Notes: generated by a model not told the origin, from the sequence alone. DNA of 63,828 nucleotides, filler included, from Octopus bimaculoides (GCF_001194135.2; 7 parts of 6 records of this genome joined end to end with filler, not necessarily neighbours in it); one strand, 5' to 3'; positions 50,745 to 63,788 are shown, numbered from the whole stretch's first letter. Made by a program: numbers and translations.

Positions 50745-50844
50745 GACGTCACACTGTATATAATATCGTGAGGTTGTTGATTGAAGATATTGTGTCTACC
50801 GAGGGTTTGTACTGTTTGTCAAGTCACTATCAGTAATTTTTAAG

Positions 50845-51063
50845 GTAGCGAGCTGGCAGAATCGTTAGCAAGCGAGATAAAATGCTTAGCTGCATTTCGC
50901 CCGTCGCTACTTTCTGAGTTCAAATTCCACCGTAGTCGACTTGGCTGTTCATCCTTTCGGGGATGATAAATTAAGTACCAGTGAAACACTGGGGTCGATG
51001 CAATCGACTAGTCCCCTCCCCAAAATTTCAAGACCTTGTGCCTTCAGTAGAAAGTATTATTAA

Positions 51064-51106
<43 letters not shown>
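50845..51106 (+). mobile_element. SINE family B, full length, (TTA)n tail
   Basis: gagctggcagaatcgttagc (A-box-like), gagttcaaattcc (B-box-like), catcctttcgggg...taagtaccag...ctggggtcgat core. Confidence 0.88.
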
Positions 51107-51661
51107 GAGTGAGAGAGCAGGGCATGCCATCAAAGTGACACTGGGGTAAAATATACGAAGCCAAGTATACCCATCAGGACTACCCGTCTGATAAGGGTAC
51201 ACCAGGCACATGCATCACAACCATATGTGCGCGACATAGTGGTCTCATATCAAGATAAACAGCGCATGACCTCGCAGGTGGGGCCTAGTTAGAATTTTCT
51301 TAAGGTCGAGTAGCCCATCCCGCTCAAAAGGTCCTTGAATAAAGGTTGTTTGAGGATGTCGAACGAAATACCCATGTTTCCAAAGGTGAATTATTCAAAC
51401 CCCAAAGAGTTCTTCTCAACACATGACTATGATGCTCCTCCACAACTTCTGCTTGTGATCAGAGATGCACATATTGTCAGCCACTAAGGGACATGCTCAA
51501 CTGGTTAAGATCAATCAACTGCCAAGCAATTCTGTGGTATTGAGCAGAATATTTACTGTAGCCCATCTTTTATACCAAGACAAAGCAATATACATGATAG
51601 CACCTCCAATCAGTTAAGATAAGAAGCCATGAGAACCACTGTCTGGTACAGCATCAGGGCA
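51107..51661 (-). mobile_element. ~550-bp non-autonomous retroposon, copy 2, (TAA)n tail
   Basis: Same termini as copy 1; abuts the (TTA)n tail of SINE B. Confidence 0.8.
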
Positions 51662-51662
51662 T

Positions 51663-51890
51663 AAGATGGCTAGATGGTAGAAAATAATGAGCGCGCAGAA
51701 AGAAAAACTTAGCAGCCTTACGTATCCTTCTTTACGTTGTGAATTCAAATGCCTTTGAGCTCGACTTTACCTTTCATCCTTTCAGAGTCAATAAAATACG
51801 TACCAGTTGAACACTGGAGTTGATGTATTCGACTTACCCTCAAAACTGCTGGCCTTGTGCCAAAATTAGAAAAAAACTAATACCATTATT
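51663..51890 (+). mobile_element. SINE family B, degenerate
   Basis: gaattcaaatgcc...tcgactttacctttcatcctttcagagtcaataaaatacgtaccag...ggccttgtgcc. Confidence 0.7.
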
Positions 51891-53094
51891 TTATTATGTT
51901 AATCCTCAACTTCCATGAGAAAACTGATAACTTAGAAATGTTGAAACGTTTTACTACAGAAAATTGCAAAATATACATATGTAATGCCAATTTTCCCCTC
52001 CGTTGATTACTAAATTTTAATTTCACCTGAAGAATTTCTTAGCTCCAAGAATATTCCACATCATTCGTATCAAAACCTGTTTCAGGTACTTTTCCCGGTA
52101 ATATTATATTCATTATTTTTATCTAGTTATTTATCGAGTTATTTTTGTTGTTTAACCCCCGGTTGGCAGTGACTGAGCAACTTCAAGATCAAAAGCATTC
52201 CATCACTGACCATCTCATCATTTATTTTTCGGTGGACCCTCACTTCCTATTTAGCGGGAGATAAAAAAGATTCTTTCAAGCTGACTGGCTTCAAACTTTC
52301 TGCAAGATTGGAATCAATCCAGCCAAGCATGGAATAGATACCATATGAGTAACATTTTCCAAAAGACTTGAAAGTAATCCAAGGCAAATTTTAAAACTTT
52401 TTCTTTGGTATATTTTTCACATTTTTTTATATATTTACCCTTGTACAAGCCATATCGATACACTCCTCACTGTATGCATGTTTCTCCTCCTTTCGCTCTC
52501 CCCACGCGGTTCTACATGGCCCTATGCTGTGACTATGGATATTTTATAAACTTATATGATCTACCTTACCAACAGTTCACAGCACGAATTCCCATGTACT
52601 CAGAACTGCAATATCACAGAACCTAATGTTTCATCCATACCACTGCTTTAATGTTTTATTTATAGTTTCATTCATTTATTTATTCTAATTTTACTTCCTG
52701 TAAATTAATTTCTGTTTGTTTACTTTTTTATTTATTCTTTTTTGCATTGCATAGGAGTCAAACTCATCAAAATTGTTGATATCTTCATTTACGTCCAAGG
52801 TTTCACTTGAAAAGTAAAAGAAAAAAAAAAAAGACGAAATATATGATAAATAAATAAAGCTGCTGGTAGACTTCCAAAAATAGGATTCCGATAGGATTCC
52901 AATTTCTCTGTTCCAGTATCTAAGCAAAAAATTCCTTACTAACTCGCTGTGGAAGAATTAATATATTCGATCCATTACTATTGGTAATTCTTCGACGTGT
53001 GAACAAGAGGCAACAACATGAAATTACTTCAACGTCTCATTTCCTAATTGAAAGTTGGACCTCCAATCAAGGTATGTTTGAGCTATTAAACTAC

Positions 53095-53273
53095 GTCCAT
53101 GCTGGAGCAGTACCTTGAAGGAATTTATTACTTGAATGAATCGATCCTAATACTTACCTTTTCGTTAAGCCTGGTACTTACTCTATCGCTTTCTTTTACC
53201 GAACCACTAGATTATGGAGAGGTAAGCAAACCGACACCGGAGTACAAACACAGACACAAAGATACACACACAC

Positions 53274-53275
<2 letters not shown>
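53095..53275 (-). mobile_element. SINE family A 3' fragment
   Basis: ccatgctggagca...agcctggtacttactctatcg...ttttaccgaacc. Confidence 0.7.
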
Positions 53276-53311
<36 letters not shown>

Positions 53312-53663
53312 GTAAACTGTGATATGGCTATTGTTCACAACAGAACATGTGCAACCTGAGGAAAAGTGTGCCTTTCAGTCGAAGGATTGACAGGGCATGT
53401 CAAAAGAGTTCATACTGTGCCGCCTGATTAATACTGTGGCACCCGGTTCATACTGTGGCACCTTCTGTCAGCCAGCACAGCTGTGCATTATGCAATAGAA
53501 TGTTCAAACCTTTCACCCGGCTCATACAAGGGCCTCACATTGCATCATCAATGGCTCATTTCAGTGATTCTTTCTAGCAACGGCTTTATTCGTATACGAG
53601 AAAGCAGCTACTATGTATGTATGTATGTATGTGTGTGTGCACACACACACACATATATATATA

Positions 53664-54133
53664 TAGTTGAAATTTATACACGAAAACAGGTGTACAAACA
53701 ACAAGCAGTTATATTAGTTTGACGCTCGGGAAAGTGAGAAAGCCTTTTACATTTCGAGCCTATGCTCTTCAACAGAAATGAATAAGAGAAAATAAACGGA
53801 GAAAGAATAAAGAAAAAACAGGTGGCTTTAGTGATCAAGCATGGCGGCTGGTTGGGAAAAGATGGTTTATCAGGAGAGGTGAAAAAAAAAGAGGTGATAT
53901 GTATATATGACGTAAAAGCAGCTCCAGTATAATAAATATTATTACATATACTAATGTATATGCTTTGTGTATTTTCCGGTGGCTGCGTAGTATATAACTC
54001 TCATGTCACCGGTGTTAGAACACTTGGCTCCAAACGTAGAGGACTTTCTCACCTTCCCGAGCGTCAAAATAATACACCTGCTTATTGCTTATACACCTGT
54101 CTTCGTCTTTTGTTTCTCTGTGAATTTCAACTA
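53664..54133. mobile_element. Inverted pair of PLE-type pseudo-LTR segments
   Basis: 53664-53760 is the reverse complement of ~54026-54133 (ctttctcacYttcccgagcgtcaaa...aatttcaacta). Confidence 0.65.
53744..53780 (-). ncRNA. Minimal type-I hammerhead-like motif
   Basis: ttt-CTGTTGA-a-gagc-atag-gctc-GAAA-t-GTA-aaa; two deviations from consensus. Confidence 0.55.
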
Positions 54134-54145
54134 TATGTATATATT

Positions 54146-54645
<500 letters not shown>

Positions 54646-54802
54646 TCGAAAGCTAATGCAGTATCTTGGAAACTGCCCGGCGATTTAATGCATTTACTAA
54701 TTTAGCACCAACTGGTATCATAACTATTCATATAAACTTTCACCCGCTAATGGGAACTATGATTTCAGGATCTCAGCTATAACCACATCATATATTTATG
54801 TG

Positions 54803-54879
<77 letters not shown>

Positions 54880-55529
54880 ATTTATATATATGCAATAACA
54901 ATACGAACCACTGCAGGAACACATCCTACTTAACGCATGAAATGTGTGTGTGCATATGTATGCGTATATNNNNNNNNNNNNNNNNNNNNNNNNNNNNNNN
55001 NNNNNNNNNNNNNNNNNNNNNNNNNNNNNNNNNNNNNNNNNNNNNNNNNNNNNNNNNNNNNNNNNNNNNNNNNNNNNNNNNNNNNNNNNNNNNNNNNNNN
55101 NNNNNNNNNNNNNNNNNNNNNNNNNNNNNNNNNNNNNNNNNNNNNNNNNNNNNNNNNNNNNNNNNNNNNNNNNNNNNNNNNNNNNNNNNNNNNNNNNNNN
55201 NNNNNNNNNNNNNNNNNNNNNNNNNNNNNNNNNNNNNNNNNNNNNNNNNNNNNNNNNNNNNNNNNNNNNNNNNNNNNNNNNNNNNNNNNNNNNNNNNNNN
55301 NNNNNNNNNNNNNNNNNNNNNNNNNNNNNNNNNNNNNNNNNNNNNNNNNNNNNNNNNNNNNNNNNNNNNNNNNNNNNNNNNNNNNNNNNNNNNNNNNNNN
55401 NNNNNNNNNNNNNNNNNNNNNNNNNNNNNNNNNNNNNNNNNNNNNNNNNNNNNNNNNNNNNNNNNNNNNNNNNNNNNNNNNNNNNNNNNNTATATATATA
55501 TATATATATGCATAAATTAGACCTATGGA

Positions 55530-56589
55530 CTTGGACTATCTTATAAAACTCTCTGACAAAGCCTAGAGGCATACCTACTTACCCTAATTAGGGCAGGAGT
55601 AACAAGATTATACTTACCTAGAAAGGAAGGCGGAAGAAGTTAATATCAGTGGAAGACTGCGTGGAGTTAGCTAGAGTAGATATAGACAATAGTCAAGAAA
55701 GTTTATTAAAAGGTGCTGGAGCCACAGCAAGGCATAGGGAAACCAAAACATTAATCGAACTTAAAAACCAGACAAAAGAACAGAAATTATCTGATTGGCA
55801 GGAGAAGGCGTTGCATGGTAGATTACCGAAGGTAGTTTCAGTAAATAGTAGTAGTGAGACATGGTTATGGCTGCAGAAGGGAAAGCTATAGAGGGAGACA
55901 GGAAGATTGTTAGTTGCTGCACAAGATCAAGCAATAAGGAATAATTGGATAGAAGACAAAATAGGCAAAAACCACGTAGAAACCTAATGTAGATTATGCA
56001 AATCAAAAGAATAAAGCGTTACTCATATAGTTAGTGAATGTAGTACGCTGGCACAGAAAGAATAAAAGAAAAGACATGACAATCTAGGGTGAGTAATCCA
56101 CTAGGAGCTATGTAGAAAGCTAGGGTTTGAACATACTGATAAATAGTATGAACATGAACCAATAAACTAAGAAATACAAGATGTTGGGGTACTTTAACGT
56201 TCAGACTGACAGAAGATAGAAGGCCTGATTTGGTAGTAGTAGGTAAAGAGTATAGAAAGTGCCAGGTAATAGACTTTACAGTCTCAAATGAGGAAAATAT
56301 TAATATGAGAAGTATAGACAAAACAGCAAAGTTCCAGGACCTCTCTATTGAAACTGCGGGGAACTATCGCTAAAGATCTCAACAGATGGATAGAGGAAAT
56401 AGGCATAAAAACAGTTTAGTACAGCTCCAGAAAACAGTGTAATTATAGACAGTTAGGATACTTAGGAAGGTTCTTGGCATCTAAAGTTACTTGCTGTAAC
56501 CCAATAGAAGGATTCTTGGCATCTAAGGCTACTTGTAGCCCGATGTTATGATTCTTTTTTTTCCAACAGTCCAACCTGTTGAGTGTATA

Positions 56590-56623
<34 letters not shown>

Positions 56624-56625
56624 TA
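55530..56625 (+). mobile_element. R4/Dong-clade LINE, 5'-truncated, (TAA)n tail
   Basis: RLYLPRKEGGR...SVEDCV; WQEKALHG; LVAAQDQAIRNNW; CRLCK...VTHIVSECSTLAQKE; RPDLVVV; TVRILRKVL; many stops. Confidence 0.9.
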
Positions 56626-56854
56626 ATGGTAATAACAACAACAACAACAATAATAATATTGACATCAACAATAAAAAAAATAATTATCGATATCATTTTG
56701 TGATTCGTGTATACATGCATAATCATACTAATTATACACTATAGAAAGAGTTGATTTGACTCTAACGACGTCATTAAGTATTATTGTTCGATCGGGAATC
56801 GTACCTACATAGCTACCTATTTGCGTATATACTTCTGTACGTACATAATATATG

Positions 56855-56917
<63 letters not shown>

Positions 56918-57204
56918 ATATGTATAAATGTACACACACACACACACACAAATACACACACACATACACACACACACATACAAACACGCTCGCACGCACA
57001 CGTATATTCCATAAAAAGCAAAGTAGCATAAATTTTACAATTATTTCATAATTTAATTACACTCAACAGCTGTTTCATTTGCAATAATTTTCTGTAATTC
57101 CATAATTGCGTAGTTGTGATACGCAATTAAGTAATATAGATTATTTTCAGTTAAATTAATTTGAAACGATGTTTATGCCAAATCATTGGCAGTATTATGA
57201 ATTA

Positions 57205-57900
57205 TCTTTCAAAAAATCACGATAGTGGTAATTCTGGTCGGAAAGGAACCACAGAGCAGGAAAACGCATTGTTTGCCAAAATAAATAGAACTACTGTAAC
57301 AAAAATGACTGTAGGGTTAAACCAACACCTTGCACACACAATGTCGACTAAAACCGTTTGTCGCGAGCTCCAGTGTGCTGGATATCATGGGGAAGCTGAA
57401 ATTGCAAGACCTCTCTTTTCTGCCGTCAATATGGGGAATGATTAAAATGGCGTAAAGAACATCGGAAGTGACCACTGAATCCATGAAAGAATGTTATCGT
57501 CTCGCATGAATTGCCTTTCACTATTTCCCCAAGTCCAGGATAACTTCTGGAGGAAGCCCAAAGAAACCTATCATCCCGACTGCGAGGCCCGTGACGTTAT
57601 GTATGGAGATGGGTCTGTGATGATTTGAGCACTTATATCTTGGAATTCTCTTGGACCTAAAATTGCATTTCATGACAAGGTGAACTCCAAGGTGTATTTA
57701 CAAATCTTGGGTGACCATGTTCATCCTATGGTGCAGGTATTATTTTCTTATAGACGATAATGCACCAATTACTAAAGTGGTTCAAAATTGGTGTCAAGTA
57801 CATAAAAATAAAGTGGAACACATACATTGTCTCGCACGCGAAATATTTTTTCCACGAGAGTTCCGGACCTCAATAATGAACTCATTTGCATACAGCTAAT
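57205..57900 (+). pseudogene. Tc1/mariner transposase remnant
   Basis: NSGRK...RTTVTKMTVGLNQHL...STKTVCREL (HTH), GDGSVMI, LGDHVHPMVQ, DDNAP; no TIRs found. Confidence 0.82.
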
Positions 57901-58509
57901 CAGAGCCCACCTTGACCTTGTTGTCAATTTAACAAACACATTCCACCTAGTAAACGCAAGACGAAGAACGGTGTTGTTAGTCGACCAATCGCAAAGTTAT
58001 GCCTGATTTTAGATGGAGTCAAGTAATTAGATAGATTTGCATCTATACCTATTATCGGATTTTGTATGGTAAAGATGTGGATGAAAAAAATGTGGGTAGA
58101 GGGGTGATATGCTAGCAGCCTTACTCTTTTACAACCACAGCCTCTACTTCGGTGGATTATATCATCTGCAGCATCACAGGTTGATTCGTTCCTCAGAAGT
58201 AAGTTGTGTCTACATTTAACTCTATCGTGGTTAAGGATGTTTCTGCCGCCTCTGTGGTTACTTATGGTGAAAATACCGTTTTTATTTCTTTTTTAGTGAC
58301 CTTATTACTACTGTAACAGCTATTACCTACATTGATGTTGCTGTCGTTATTGCAACTATTAGGGATATATACAAACTTCTTCGCATATCTAGCCTTAGCA
58401 ACTACAACGTTATAGTAGATGGCACTCTTTGACATCTCATTCTCTGTGAGTCTGGATATTCTTGGGTATCCTCACAAAAGATTTAAGCATAGCGCGCACA
58501 TAACTGCAT

Positions 58510-58576
<67 letters not shown>

Positions 58577-58659
58577 GAGAGAGAGAGAGAGAGAGATACA
58601 TAGATAGTTAGATTGATACATCCATACATATATAATATATACGTGTATACATACATATA

Positions 58660-58899
58660 CTCTTCTACTCTTTTACTCTTTTACTTGTTTCAGTCATTTG
58701 ACTGCGGCCATGCTGGAGCACCGCCTTTAGTCGAGCAAATCGACCCCAGGACTTATTCTTTGTAAGCCTAGTACTTATTCTATCGGTCTCTTTTTGCCGA
58801 ACCGCTAAGTTACGGGGACGTAAACACACCAGCATCGGTTGTCAAGCGATGTTGGGGGGACAAGCACAGACACACAAACATACTCACACATATATACAT
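58660..58899 (-). mobile_element. SINE family A 3' half, apparently young, with (TACTCTTT)n tail
   Basis: Near-identical to 13905-14100; ends in microsatellite at a gap. Confidence 0.9.
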
Positions 58900-59954
58900 N
58901 NNNNNNNNNNNNNNNNNNNNNNNNNNNNNNNNNNNNNNNNNNNNNNNNNNNNNNNNNNNNNNNNNNNNNNNNNNNNNNNNNNNNNNNNNNNNNNNNNNNN
59001 NNNNNNNNNNNNNNNNNNNNNNNNNNNNNNNNNNNNNNNNNNNNNNNNNNNNNNNNNNNNNNNNNNNNNNNNNNNNNNNNNNNNNNNNNNNNNNNNNNNN
59101 NNNNNNNNNNNNNNNNNNNNNNNNNNNNNNNNNNNNNNNNNNNNNNNNNNNNNNNNNNNNNNNNNNNNNNNNNNNNNNNNNNNNNNNNNNNNNNNNNNNN
59201 NNNNNNNNNNNNNNNNNNNNNNNNNNNNNNNNNNNNNNNNNNNNNNNNNNNNNNNNNNNNNNNNNNNNNNNNNNNNNNNNNNNNNNNNNNNNNNNNNNNN
59301 NNNNNNNNNNNNNNNNNNNNNNNNNNNNNNNNNNNNNNNNNNNNNNNNNNNNNNNNNNNNNNNNNNNNNNNNNNNNNNNNNNNNNNNNNNNNNNNNNNNN
59401 NNNNNNNNNNNNNNNNNNNNNNNNNNNNNNNNNNNNNNNNNNNNNNNNNNNNNNNNNNNNNNNNNNNNNNNNNNNNNNNNNNNNNNNNNNNNNNNNNNNN
59501 NNNNNNNNNNNNNNNNNNNNNNNNNNNNNNNNNNNNNNNNNNNNNNNNNNNNNNNNNNNNNNNNNNNNNNNNNNNNNNNNNNNNNNNNNNNNNNNNNNNN
59601 NNNNNNNNNNNNNNNNNNNNNNNNNNNNNNNNNNNNNNNNNNNNNNNNNNNNNNNNNNNNNNNNNNNNNNNNNNNNNNNNNNNNNNNNNNNNNNNNNNNN
59701 NNNNNNNNNNNNNNNNNNNNNNNNNNNNNNNNNNNNNNNNNNNNNNNNNNNNNNNNNNNNNNNNNNNNNNNNNNNNNNNNNNNNNNNNNNNNNNNNNNNN
59801 NNNNNNNNNNNNNNNNNNNNNNNNNCTATCATATAATGTAATAATTTATCGATTGTCCGAAGACTTCGCCACTTGAGATTAAACTGCTTGTCACGTAAAT
59901 ATTTTCATAGTCATGGTTGTGTGTGTATGTGTGTGTATGTATGTGTGTGTGTTA

Positions 59955-59994
<40 letters not shown>

Positions 59995-60109
59995 TTAAGT
60001 GTAAATAATCAAGAAAAAGCGTTGACGAAAACAAGAAAACGAGTTAGGAGGGCAAAAAGTAGAGGATGAAAATGGAGAAGGATGGTGCAGAAAGGAAGAA
60101 GCGGAACAA

Positions 60110-60173
<64 letters not shown>

Positions 60174-61148
60174 TAGTCAACGTTGCACAGGCAGAAATGC
60201 TACATTCCAGAAACTTCTGTAAATCGCATGTTTTCAAAAAAATTCGTCTTTTGGGAACTGAATTTTGACTGGAATTACTTGAGAGAATATAAACCAGATG
60301 GATGTTGAGGAGGAAGGAAAAATATTGAGAATGTTGAAACAAGCGATTCTGAAAGATTTTGGACAGCCATGTGGCGTATAAGCTTGCTAAATACAGTTAG
60401 TTGAACTGACAGAGNNNNNNNNNNNNNNNNNNNNNNNNNNNNNNNNNNNNNNNNNNNNNNNNNNNNNNNNNNNNNNNNNNNNNNNNNNNNNNNNNNNNNN
60501 NNNNNNNNNNNNNNNNNNNNNNNNNNNNNNNNNNNNNNNNNNNNNNNNNNNNNNNNNNNNNNNNNNNNNNNNNNNNNNNNNNNNNNNNNNNNNNNNNNNN
60601 NNNNNNNNNNNNNNNNNNNNNNNNNNNNNNNNNNNNNNNNNNNNNNNNNNNNNNNNNNNNNNNNNNNNNNNNNNNNNNNNNNNNNNNNNNNNNNNNNNNN
60701 NNNNNNNNNNNNNNNNNNNNNNNGAGAGAGAGAGGGGGAGGGAGAGAGAGAGGGGGAGGGAGAGAGAGAAACAGAGAGGGTGAGTAAGACATACATATAC
60801 AAAACATACACAGACACATGCACACACATACATACACACACACATACACACACGAACGCACGCACACACACACATACATATATATACAGAAACAGAGAAC
60901 TGGAAAGGAAGGAAGGAAGGAAGGAAGGAAGGAAGGAAGGAAGGAAGAAAGTAAGAGGGAAAGAAAAAGAGAGCGAGAGCGAAAGAAAGAGTGAAACTGA
61001 CAGACAGACAGTGCGTGTGTGAGTGAGTGTATATGTATGTGTGTTTCGTAAGAAAACATTTACGAAAATAGTGTAAGAGAAATATTTATTGAAAGGAATT
61101 AAGAAAAAGCGTGAGAAAGTGATTGAGAGAGAGAGAGAGAGAGAAGGA

Positions 61149-61180
<32 letters not shown>

Positions 61181-61374
61181 AAAAAAGAGAGACTGAAAGA
61201 TATTTGCTGCAAAAGGCAAAGATAAACTGCAATATAATTGGAAGGAAAGAGGAATTCAAGAATGTAAATCAGGGAGTTGGAGTCGAAGATGGGATTTGTT
61301 TAATGGCAGATGATAGGGCGGCAGGTATTTGGGTGGGGATAGAAGAGTAAGGTAGAAGTGAGAAAGAGGCATGA

Positions 61375-61495
61375 TTTCTAGAGTGTTACCAAAATGTAGG
61401 TGATACAACAGTTTAGTGCTTTCTATGTTGATAGTTAAGTCAAAAGATCTGGCTGTTGCTGCAACTCTATTAATGATATGCTGAATATCCTTGTA
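61375..61495 (-). mobile_element. RTE-clade LINE RT fragment
   Basis: [29 protein letters not shown] resembles RTE LQxxxDRFxxAxxxFGLTIxxxKTEV. Confidence 0.55.
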
Positions 61496-61654
61496 TTTAT
61501 ATATATATGAGTGTCTATGTGTATAACTGGAACATATACATACATATATATATACATACATACATACATATATATATATATATACATACATACATATATA
61601 TATACATGCATACATACATATATATATACATACATACATACATATATATATAGC

Positions 61655-62535
61655 ATGCAATTTAATGCAAGCAAATTCCACGTCTTCCGCCACCAGCTAA
61701 TTGGTGCTCAGAAGTCGCAACAAAAATACTTTGGACTAAAAGCAGCGGCAATCCCAGAATCACATACGGTGCGAGATCTTGAGATTGATATGAGTAACGA
61801 TGCCTTGTTTCACATGCATATCAACAAGATGGCAGCAATGTGCAGGTGAATGGCCGGATGGATTCTGAGAACCTTCAGAACAAGGGACCAGGAAATTAAG
61901 CTGATCCTATGGAGAACATTTGTCTTCAGCCGTCTGGACTACTGCTCTCAACTGTGGTCACTTTAGAGTGCTGGATTAATATCGGAATTTGAGGCGGTAC
62001 AGCGATGCTACACAAAGAAGATTGCGTCAATGGAAAAGCTGAGCTACTGGATGATACTGAAAGAGCTACGAATCTACTCTCTGGAGCGAAGTCGGGAGAA
62101 GTATGCAGTGGTATATGTGTGTAAGATACTGGCGCCAAACTTTGGAATCGAGAGTTTTACCAGACCTCGAAATAGATGTCACTGCACTGTTTCTAATGTC
62201 TCAGCTGTCCCATCAAAAGTGAGGACCATGTACTGCAATAACTTGGGATTTAAGGTCCCACAGCTATTTAACGCCTTGCCAAAACATCTGAGAGATCTCG
62301 ATATAGTGGGGGGGGGGGTTTAGATGTGTTCACGAAACAACTTGAACACTTATCCAAGATCTCAGATGAACCAATATCAAAACAGGAAACTCAAAAGAGG
62401 GCAGCAATGTCGAACTCCCTCCTTTACCACAAGCCAATCATATAGAATTGGCAAATTAAAGGGTGATTACACTGGTGCTGCCCCGGCATGGCCACAAACC
62501 CCTGACTGAAACGCATAACAATAACAGAATAACAG
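61655..62535 (+). mobile_element. CR1/L2-group LINE 3' end
   Basis: VRDLEIDMSND...HINKMAA, GWILRTFRTRD, RLDYCSQLWS, LSYWMILKELRIYSLERSRE; short (AACAR)n-like tail. Confidence 0.85.
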
Positions 62536-62562
62536 TGTATATATATATATATATATATATAT

Positions 62563-62662
62563 NNNNNNNNNNNNNNNNNNNNNNNNNNNNNNNNNNNNNN
62601 NNNNNNTTAATTAATTAANNNNNNNNNNNNNNNNNNNNNNNNNNNNNNNNNNNNNNNNNNNN
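62563..62662. other. Artificial scaffold spacer 44N-TTAATTAATTAA-44N
   Basis: 12-mer at 62607-62618. Confidence 0.95.
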
Positions 62663-63788
62663 GGGCTAAACATCAATGAAATAGAAAGGACCCGCTAAGT
62701 AGCGTTATTGTTGTTGTTGTTGTTGTTGCTATTACTTAAGAGTGCAAATGTCTGCAAAAGCACAGCAGCAGCAGCCACAATAGCAGCAGCAGCAGCAACC
62801 AAACAACAACAACCACATCAACAGCAGCAGTAATAGTTACAAGAAGGAGGAGGAGGAGGAGGAGAAGTGGAAGAAGAAGACGTAAGGCGTACAAAAGGAG
62901 GTGGATGTTCCGATACTCTTCTCATTTCAACGTCTCTCGTTAATTCCCCAACAACCCCCGACACAACATGGAGACACACTTTGCTACACTTACGTACAAT
63001 GATTGGTGAGAACAACTGGAATTTCATCTTTGACTTGTGGTAAATATATTTATCAATTTTATGCGTTAACTAGCCGAAACTTCGAAGTCACTGTCAATAA
63101 TCTTGTTGAAGAATAAAAAATTTGTACTTTACAAAAATATAGAGTAACCCATCAGATTAATGTAAAATTATTTTTGTTATAAACATAAAAACGAACATTA
63201 ACATTATATATAAATATATATATATACATGTACACATACCTAAGTATATATACATACACATATGTACGTTTGTACTTCTATACATATGTATATAAATATA
63301 TACATTTAATGTTTGTGTATATATATTTCTATGTGTATAATGTGTATGTAAAAGTTTGTGTGTGTGTGTGCACATGAACAGTGCACTGTGCAGCATATCT
63401 GGAAGCAAATGAAGCCGTCGCTGTTTTCTTTTTGTTTTTATTAAACAATTTCCACCTGCCTCCGTTAAACATATCGTACAGGTGTTATCGGTTGGGCGCG
63501 GAGAGAGAACCTAGTTTCAATCTCGACTCTTTCCACCGATCTATCCACGGACAGATTAATAACTGTAGTGCATATAGTTTTCTACTATTAATAGTGTATA
63601 GAGTAATTGATGTGTATCGCTATTGCCTATATTTAGGAAATAAAACTGTATACCTTACATGTCAATGTATAAATGTTTTTCCAAACATTAGATAAATGTT
63701 TTTGTGTGTATATTGTCGTATGTATATAATATCTATACACACACACACACACACACATAGATATCCACACACATATAGATACACACAC

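Noticed and set aside
53410-53470. Triple ATACTGTG(G/C)C(A/G)CC motif
   Set aside because: Probably subterminal repeats of an old DNA transposon; no TIRs could be defined.
58141-58204. Candidate 58-nt exon ending at GAA|GTAAGT
   Set aside because: Good donor but no recognisable product; expected by chance.
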